64,000 nt of DNA from Eledone cirrhosa (lineage: Eukaryota). A program made the translations under genes and the position numbers. Below, one piece after another: positions 56,376 through 64,000 of the stretch; position 1 is the first letter of the stretch, and each line of letters starts with the position of its first letter. The notes under the pieces are model-generated. The model was given only the letters and a program-made list of their open reading frames with translations, was not told the origin of the DNA and ran no database searches. The stretch is from positions 175,584,001 to 175,648,000 of the forward strand of contig OZ024743.1 of NCBI GenBank assembly GCA_964016885.1. The letters are read 5' to 3'.

Positions 56376-56592
56376 GTAGTAATAATAAATTTGAAGACTA
56401 AAATCCAAAGAGGGCTCGATAAGGATAAATATATATCAAATATATAAGAACCGTAGAGCAAATCTGTTATTTTAATAAATATATATATATATATATATAT
56501 TAAAAGAAATTTTTTGCTGAAAGGTAAAAGTATTACACATATTAGAGATATTCACATTTAGAAATATTAAAATATTAACAGTATTAATAATT

Positions 56593-56838
56593 TTAAATTG
56601 TTAAAGAGGATAGGATCATTTGAAGGATTATAGGAATATTATAAATTAAACATAGTTTTGAACGTGCAATTTTGTTGATGTCTCTGCAAGAAGAAAATAA
56701 CTCTGTCCTGAGATTAATAGAGTTTTGGCAGTTAATTATATAAAACATTTCTTCGATACATAATTTACAGAATCTTGATAAAGCCATATTGAAATATATA
56801 TAATAGAATAAATATGGTTTTATAAATAATGTTTCCAT
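56593..56838 (-). pseudogene. Degraded C-terminal fragment of a Penelope-like GIY-YIG endonuclease
   Basis: RFCKLCIEEMFYII...INLRTELFSSCRD matches the PLE C-terminus and parallels FCKLCIMELFCIM...LNNRIERSLYCNH of the 57641-58210 ORF. Confidence 0.75.
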
Positions 56839-56946
56839 TTATTTAATATCATTGAATATTATACTCCAGAAAAGCTGTCGAGTGCTCTGAATCAGTTATA
56901 CACATTTATATTTGTTGAATTACCATCAAAGTGAATATCCCTTCTG

Positions 56947-56996
<50 letters not shown>

Positions 56997-57640
56997 GAAT
57001 ATAAAATGAAAGTGCTTTTATAAAGGAATTTATTGGGTATTGACATATGTTTCTGTAACAGACGGAATACCTATGTATCGCTGCTTGCGTAATCATATAA
57101 TGTTAGCAAGTATTCGATAGCAAATGTATAATCAGTTGTCATTTCTTCAGAGATATTGGATACATTTGAAAAAATCAGAAAAATTGAAGTATTTATATTA
57201 GTTGTAAGAAAGGAAGAAGAGAGGGGATAGTATATGACAGATGACAATTCTATTTACTGGTAAAAAAGTATCTAAAAGGTTTCTAATGAGAATACAATGA
57301 GTATATGGTTTATTTTATCTAAATAAGAATTTTTGGGAGTGCCTATTTTTATCTATACTTGACCAATTGAACAATGGACAGGGCTGGTCGTTTGGTGTAG
57401 TAGTATTAATAGATATAAAGTGTCAATTAAGGAAGAGGGAGATTTTCACTGCTACTGAATAGCAACAATGCTGGTAGCCTGCTGGTATATGCATTAGGGA
57501 ATTGAATTAAGAAATCTCATTTTATCTATACCAGTTTATATTAAATGGTAAAGAATAGAAGAGTTGATAGAATTAAGACTAAGACTAATAGAGAATGTTA
57601 ATATGTACTTTGACAATCAAACGGAGATGGAGACAGGCGT

Positions 57641-58210
57641 TCAATCCTGGTAGTGTTTGTAATATGAAAATGTAGATTTCAAGCGATGGTTACAGTATAA
57701 CGATCGCTCTATTCTGTTATTTAATAAAATATTTTTTGATTTCATAATACAAAATAATTCCATAATACACAATTTACAAAATTCCTGTCCGTGGGTATAT
57801 GCAGGGGCAGCTGATTTTATATCCCATCTTAGGTTAAATTGTTGGTTATTTTCGCGCAGCTGCCAAGCCTTGTCTGCGCGTGTTGTTACATAACGCTGGT
57901 TTTCATGTTTTATTGAGTAACGATGTCTATAAAGGCGAGATTTGAAGGAGGTAGCTGTAGACCCCACATAGTACCACTTCTGGCTATCCGATTCGATAGT
58001 ACATTTGTATATGATGTTGCGTTCAAGACACTGATTGTTCAACGGACACATTCCTGGTTGGACACAGTTACAGTTATAATTTTGCGTTGTTGTATTGGCA
58101 TGGATGGGTTGATGAGGTTGCTTAGGTAGGACGGGATGTTGTTTGTTGTTTTGTGATGTTATAGCTAATCTTTTACGTGTATTGTTATGTGTTGGAAGGC
58201 GTTTATACAA
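57641..58210 (-). CDS. GIY-YIG endonuclease domain of the Penelope-like element (part of a disrupted ORF)
   Basis: CNCVQPGMCPLNNQC, NIIYKCTI, YYVGSTATSFKSRLYRH, LRWDI, FCKLCIMEL, LLNNRIE. Confidence 0.88.
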   Translation of the reverse strand: MYKRLPTHNNTRKRLAITSQNNKQHPVLPKQPHQPIHANTTTQNYNCNCVQPGMCPLNNQCLERNIIYKCTIESDSQKWYYVGSTATSFKSRLYRHRYSIKHENQRYVTTRADKAWQLRENNQQFNLRWDIKSAAPAYTHGQEFCKLCIMELFCIMKSKNILLNNRIERSLYCNHRLKSTFSYYKHYQD

Positions 58211-58668
58211 CCGTTTTGCGTTAAGCTTTTTTATATGTTGTTCAATATTAGGGGCGGTTGAATATGAAAGTCGAATAGTGTTAGGGTTTAAGATTTTATT
58301 ATATTTATGTGATGTTGGAAAGTGTTTTTTAACTAATCGAAAGAATTGTGAGGGTAGATTGGTTTTAATAGAGTTGTTATAGACCGGGTTGTACCATGTA
58401 TACTCTTTACATCGCCTTCTGTTTGGTGGTGTGCGACTATTAGTGTGTCTATTGCGGTAGTGTATGTATGGTGGTGATTTTATGCTATTTCTACCTCTAT
58501 GAGATTTATTTTGGGTGTTTTGGTGATCGTCGACTATATACTCGATATTATCTAGGTGTCCAGCCTGCCTAAGTGCATCATCATAATATTCGGCATGTTC
58601 TTTGGAGGTTTGCTGGTTGGACGACAGGCGGGAGATTCTAAGGGAAATATTTCTAGGGATGGATTTTA

Positions 58669-59215
58669 TTATAGAGGTGGATGGTTAGAACCCGTATTTA
58701 TATATTTAAGGTTCTCATTTAGTTTATGGAACGGTTTAATCGTTTCTGTATTGAGATTCAAAGTAACATCAAGGAAATTAACCTCTTTGAGGTTATATTC
58801 AAATGTAATATTTAATCCTAGTTCCTTAAAAAGCTTTCTGATATTTTTACGCATCCTTTCTAAATTCTGGTTATTCATATGCTTAACTAATAGGAGCGCA
58901 TCGTCACGGTAGATTCCACCGTGGAGATCCTTGAATTTTGCTTGTAGTCTGTGGGTGATATAAATTCCCACAAGATCAGTTACTTCCGCCGAATCATTGG
59001 AACCCATAGTAATATCAAAATTAGAAGGTCTATCTTTGCGAACCCAGTAGCTATCATCAAATTTAACAATAGTTTTCCTCGCTTCCATAAAAATATTAAT
59101 TTCAGCATCCGTAAGGTCGGAATTAGCCTTAGCGAACGAAAGAGCTTCATGCAGAGTATCAGGTGAAATTGAGGAATAATATTCATCAATATCGAACTGA
59201 ATAAATTTTGATTTT
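58669..59215 (-). CDS. Reverse transcriptase core of the Penelope-like element (part of a disrupted ORF)
   Basis: FDIDEYYSSI (read by hand upstream of the ORF-track start), MGS..SAE..DLVG, YRDD, FLDV, SNHPP motifs. Confidence 0.9.
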
Positions 59216-59884
59216 TTTTCCTATCAGTAATGCTATTAAACCATCTTATTGCCTCATTGGTGTTACCCCATAGTTTAATATCTACTTTAGCCTTAACTTG
59301 GGGGATAATTCTGTCTAGTATATATTTGCTAATTTTGCCTGTATCAGATTTAGAGGGGCATATAAGTCTAATTTTAGAGTCAGTATCGAAGTTTACCTTG
59401 TCGTCCTTCAGGTTGAAGGATGGTGTAGCTGGTGTTAAGGGTTGCGTTCTATCGTCAATACAAAGTTTTTTAACAATTTCACATGCCGAGTTGTTGATGT
59501 TTTTAAGTGTAGCTTCATTAGTTTTCTTGTATTTTTTATGCAATTCCTTACCGATGAAGTTATTGTAAGTGTCCACATCCATGGTATATACGTTTGATGT
59601 TTTATCTGCTCTAACAATAATTCCATTGGCGTTTTTTAGATTATTGAGCAGTGCCGTGATGTCATTCTGTAGTTTATTGTTTTTCTGTTTTGTAAATTTG
59701 ATCTCCATGATCATATCCATTAGGTCTTGTTCAAATGCATCCAAAAGTGGGTTTGAGGGTGGATTTTTGTAAGATTTAAATCCAAATGTATCCTTGTTAA
59801 GATCCGATGTTTGGTTTATACGGCTTTTGTCAAAGTGGAATGTTTTCCATCTGATTCGTCGAATATAAATATATATATATATAT

Positions 59885-59924
<40 letters not shown>

Positions 59925-60015
59925 CAAAGGAATTGTGATAAGGAACCTAATGGAACCTAACGCACCAGAGTACTCAATAGTTAGGGTAGTAGTGAGGGAA
60001 ATAGGAAAAATTATG

Positions 60016-60111
60016 ACCCCGACTCAGAGCTCAAGCCGTTTCGACGGCTATTTCTGGACTAAATTAGAATTTTTAGCCTGGTGAATAAATAGCCGAACTT
60101 TTCAAGGGGGT
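60016..60111 (-). ncRNA. Degenerate hammerhead-like motif upstream of the PLE, same strand
   Basis: Reverse complement: ACCCC-CTTGAAAA-GTTCGGCTATTT...AAATAGCCGTC-GAAA-CGGCTTGAGCTCTGA-GTC-GGGGT. Stem I ACCCC/GGGGT and long stem II CGGCTATTT/AAATAGCCG are present; the core is non-canonical. Confidence 0.5.
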
Positions 60112-60397
60112 ACTTCCTTATATGGGAGGATTGTAGTTGTCAAGAGGATTGGTTAAAATTTGTTGTAAACACACATAAGTCTATCATGGCAAATGGTGGG
60201 AGGTAGGGTGGCTGAACTTGCCTGTAGAACAATAGGGGAGTGAGTGGAGCGGTCAAGCGTTGAAAGTGATATGTATACATCAGATTCTAAGGATAGTGTA
60301 TGAGGTGGAGGAGGGGAGGTTATAGAATAGGTAAATCGAAAGAGAGTAGGAGACAATAACATATACTAGAAATAAATAAATAAATAAAAATATATAA

Positions 60398-60441
60398 AAT
60401 TAGATAAAATTAGATACAATTAGATAAAATTAGATAAAATT
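60398..60441. repeat. 10-bp minisatellite (AATTAGATAA) x ~4
   Basis: aattagataa aattagatac aattagataa aattagataa aatt. Confidence 0.85.
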
Positions 60442-60506
60442 GAGTACCTTGTTGTAACTATAATCATATCCTGATATACAGGCGGCTGCAACTATTATAT
60501 ATATAC

Positions 60507-60666
<160 letters not shown>

Positions 60667-60750
60667 GGGCGTGATAGATTGAGAGGGAGAGAGCGAGACA
60701 GAGAGGTAGAGAAAGTGAATACAAAGTCTATGAGAGAGGCAAAAATATGA

Positions 60751-60793
<43 letters not shown>

Positions 60794-62000
60794 CCTAATA
60801 TACATATATAACGTAATAATATATTCCAGGTGGACCATAACGTACCAGAGTACTTGATACTTAGGGTAGTAGAGTGGGTAACCAGAACTGATCCGATCTA
60901 GTTGTCGAAACGGTCGGAGCTCAGCCATCGGGGTCCTGACTCTTTTCCTATATACTCTTTTTAATTCCCCCCCCCCACGTTTTAATGTCTTTTCACCACT
61001 CCCCCTCACAGCCTCGGAACTCTTTTCCTGCCCACTTTTCTCCTGATGAAGGGCTTATGCCCTAAATGTAGTCCGCATCCCCCCACTCTCAAGCATGAAC
61101 CTAATACTAACACTTTGTACTGCACTCTTCGCTTTGTTTTTGTTTTCTGTTTTAACTATAATATATATATAAAAAAAAATATATATATATAAATACATAC
61201 ATATATACCTAATTCTATTAGAATGCTTCATGAGAAATAATTTGCTCATGTACAAAAAAATGAGAATTTCTCTTCGAGAAAATTCCAACGATAGAAAATA
61301 GAAAATAATAATAAGCATAAAAAAACAGCTTAGATACGTTTATAAAATACATAAACACAGGAACAAAATTTTAAGCGAACATCCTCTGGTGATATTATTT
61401 TTATATTTTGATATCAAACACTGTCATTTGATATGAATTATTTTGCAATTTTATTTATCTTTCTTTTTTTTTTGGTCTTTTCTTTTCCTCCTCTTTTCTA
61501 TTTATTATTTTTCGAAATTTTGGTGGTGGTGGGAATGTGTATATAATGGTTGATAATATGATGTTGTTGTTGTTGTGGTTGTTGTTGTTGTGGAAAGGAT
61601 TATATATATTATGGCTGGATTATTAAATCACGGTGAGATGATCACTAATGGAGCGTCGTTGAACATGAATCTGTACGTTCATGGTTGACATACGACCAAT
61701 CCAAAGCACCAGCAACACCAACACCATCATTATCAACACCATCATCAACACCATCATTATCAACAATAACAAGTTGGGCCAACAAGCCGAAAGGGAATTT
61801 GTTGTATCTAGTCACTTCACATTCCAAGACCAAGGGTTGGTTGGTGCACTGTATTATGTTGGGCAGCTTTTTAAAACCTAGCTGAGTCCATCCCTTCTCC
61901 AGGTCTGAACACAGCAGATTTTATTCCAGTGAAGAAAAGAGTGTGATAGAGAGGAAATGAGAAAGATATATAGAGGAAGAATAGACCTTCGTATTGGATT

Positions 62001-62110
62001 GGTACTTTATTTATCGACCTTGAATGGATGAAAGGCAAAGTTGGCCACGGTGGGCTTTGAACTCAGAGCGCAGAAAGCCGGCACGAATGCCACAAGCTTC
62101 TATCCAACAC
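62001..62110 (-). mobile_element. Diverged tRNA-derived SINE fragment (same family as 63128-63535)
   Basis: GGTACTTTATTTATCGACC..GGATGAAAGGCAAAGTT..TTTGAACTCAG matches the downstream copies; B-box-like GAGTTCAAA on the minus strand. Confidence 0.75.
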
Positions 62111-63127
62111 CCCGAATGACTCTGCCATTTCACCGCGGGATTCGACCTCAGAACGCAAAAGATCTCTGGAACTGAAGCAACAAAACATCCCATCATTTAA
62201 CATCCCGGTTTTTAACGATTTCACCACACCTCTAAATTTGTGGCCTTATGTCAAACTTAAATAGTAAAACATCATCTAGCTGTTTTTGTCTGGTTCTGAA
62301 TTCAAACATTCCTTCTATCCGTAGTCTATGTGTCTGAGCCATTGAAGATGATAGAAGAGAAGGAACTATAAGGGAAGATTTCAATATACGATCTCAAAAG
62401 TTATTTCTGACATTAGTTGTTTAAAAGACAAACAAAGAATAAAAAAAAAAATTATTCAGCAGACAAGCAGATAAAGATTCTCAAACCAAGCCCAGATCTC
62501 TAGCAAGGAAAGAAAATAATTCTGTTGGATCTTTTCTACTGTTGAAGCTGGAAACGTCGGAAACCAGAGATTAAGTAAATTCAGAACGACAGGCAATAAC
62601 ACTTTATTCTTTTATGTGAGATTTTTCACTTCAATTCAATGTCAAATATACATGACGTAGCATTTCATGCGAAACGTAAAGTGGCAGCAGTGAAAGATTT
62701 CTATCGAGATGCTTCCATAAACGCATTTATTATAGAGAACATCAAAACGTGTATGTCCACTAGATTTGACTTTTCAAAGATAGAGTTAGCAATTTTGCTC
62801 TTTCGTCTGCTAAATACAGATTTACTCTTTGTTAAAAATCGAACAGATAGAAATAGTGGAACATATTTTGAGAAGAGAATTCATTTATTAAAAGGATTTG
62901 GTTTTCATATCTTTATTTATTTATGTTTTATTTATTATTTAGATATAAAGTATAGCTTAAACTTATCACTTATAATGTTTTCATATTCCAATAGGAAAAT
63001 AAAATTAACAACTGTTTTGCAGTAAGCAAAAAGGTAAAAGAAGAACAAAACAAAGGGAGTTAACTAATTATTGAGAAGAATGTGACACAATAGAGACCAA
63101 AGGCGCGGCCTACAGTAATTGATACTA

Positions 63128-63535
63128 CTAATAATTGTTTCTACTTTTGGCACAAGGCCAGCAATTAACCAGTGTATTACTGGTACTTTATTTTATCGAC
63201 CCCGTAAGGATGAAAGGCAAAGTTAACCTCGGCGGGATTTGAACTCAGAATGGCAAGGGCCGTAACTCTATCCGTCAAAGCATGGCATCTGACCCTCTAT
63301 CGGACGCCATGCTTCCGGTAGAGGGTCGCTAATAATTGTTTCTACTTTTGGCACAAAGCCAGCAATTACCCAGTACATTACTGGTACTTTATTTTATCCA
63401 CCCCGTAAGGATGAAAGGCAAAGTTAACCTCGGCGGGATTTGAACTCAGACCATAAAGGGCCGTAACTCTTTGCTGCAAAGCATGGTGTCAGACCCTCTA
63501 CCGATACTGCCAATCCACCGGAGGATCGCTAATAA
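63128..63535 (-). mobile_element. Tandem dimer of a ~200-bp tRNA-derived SINE (octopus-type)
   Basis: Direct repeats 63128-63329 and 63330-63535. Minus-strand A-box TGGCAGTATCGG and B-box GAGTTCAAATCC. The body TACTGGTACTTTATTTTATCGACCCC..GGATGAAAGGCAAAGT is one I recall as an abundant octopus SINE (not verified). (TAA)-type boundaries. Confidence 0.8.
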
Positions 63536-63662
63536 TAAAATAATATTCTACAAAATATTTATTTGAATAAGGTGTGGTAGTTGCTTGAAGCATTGTGGAA
63601 TATGAGATACAAATATGACCAAGAAATAACTTTGGTTATTTCGAAGCTCGACAATGCGTGTT

Positions 63663-63850
63663 TGGTAAAAATGTCAAGGTAATAAAAAAGTAGAAGAAAA
63701 AGAGAACACAGTAAGAATGAGTATGATAGGAAGTCACCTCAGTAAGGGTTCATTAAACATTGCTCAGGTAAATTCCTATAGTCCTCATTCTTTACTTCAC
63801 TCTGTTCTTCTTTATTCTTCTACTTTATTATCATTTTAACATTTTTACCA
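63663..63850 (+). other. Long imperfect hairpin (~190 nt)
   Basis: Nested pairings TGGTAAAAATGT/ACATTTTTACCA, AAAGTAGAAGAA/TTCTTCTACTTT, AAGAATGAG/CTCATTCTT, ATAGGAA/TTCCTAT. Confidence 0.8.
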
Positions 63851-63867
63851 CACATATATATATATAT

Positions 63868-63913
63868 ATTTCTGATGATTTCATACGAATGAAACAGTTC
63901 TAGTCCTGTAGAA
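63868..63913 (+). ncRNA. Minimal/degenerate type I hammerhead candidate
   Basis: CTGATGA(63872-63878)-T TTC ATAC GAA T-GAAA-CAG TTCTAGTC CT-GTA. Stem III ACAG/CTGT is a near-palindrome; stem I is weak. Confidence 0.55.
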
Positions 63914-64000
63914 GCCATTTCTATATTAAACTCTTGATGTTTTCACTCTACTAATGTATTGTGTACCTTATTCACTGTGCTTATCCACGATTTAACTCAG

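Larger units (their letters stand above)
57641..59862 (-). mobile_element. Penelope-like retroelement (RT + C-terminal GIY-YIG endonuclease), frameshifted and 5'-truncated; resembles the Naiad type
   Basis: N-terminal RRIRWK..FGFKS..PP; ADKT; RLICPSKSDTGKISK; after a frameshift near 59215, FIQFDIDEYYSSI; ITMGSNDSAEVTDLVG; GIYRDDAL; VNFLDVTLNL; SNHPP; WYNPVY..KHFP; linker CNCx5Cx5C; IIYKC...YVG...FKSRLYRH; CKLC..E..LLN.R.E..C.H. Compensating frameshifts near 58660-58680. The 5' end abuts (TA)n. Confidence 0.93.

Noticed and set aside
55340-56408. Short Y/I/H/T-rich ORFs
   Set aside because: These are translations of (TA)/(CA)-rich low-complexity sequence and palindrome arms.
57641-58210. Selenocysteine-recoding PLE
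   Set aside because: The conserved Cys positions in the endonuclease ORF translate as Cys, with no in-frame TGA before the terminal stop.
57923-59772. Plus-strand ORFs overlapping the PLE
   Set aside because: They are antisense shadows of the RT/EN coding strand.
61043-61075. CTGATGA-AGGGC TTAT GCCCT-AAAT hammerhead-like motif
   Set aside because: GAAA is lost and no stem I partner exists downstream. At best a dead remnant.
62639-63025. 128-aa plus-strand ORF
   Set aside because: No recognisable domain and AT-rich composition. It could be chance or a decayed TE or exon fragment; not supportable without a homology search.

Overview
Eukaryotic, AT-rich, repeat-only window with no host protein-coding gene. 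It is probably from an octopus or other cephalopod, inferred from the SINE signature and (TA)n richness. Positions 1-~54,625 are a head-to-tail satellite array of about 84 monomers of ~647-659 bp, with higher-order repeat structure, open at the left edge. Each monomer carries a type I hammerhead ribozyme (HHR) fold on the + strand: stem I TGTCTC/GAGATA, core CTGATGA, a long stem II, GAAA, a palindromic mini stem III ACCATGGT and a GUA cleavage site. A minority of copies have core or stem mutations. The array therefore looks like a very large retrozyme/Penelope-pLTR-derived ribozyme satellite. The remaining ~9.4 kb is a patchwork largely separated by (TA)n tracts. It holds a rearranged tRNA-like element on a long stem, a ~950-bp palindrome with an HHR in each arm, a frameshifted 5'-truncated Penelope-like retroelement (RT + GIY-YIG, minus strand), a second PLE 3' fragment, several degenerate HHRs, tRNA-derived SINEs and microsatellites. 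All structures were read by eye; no folding or database search was run.
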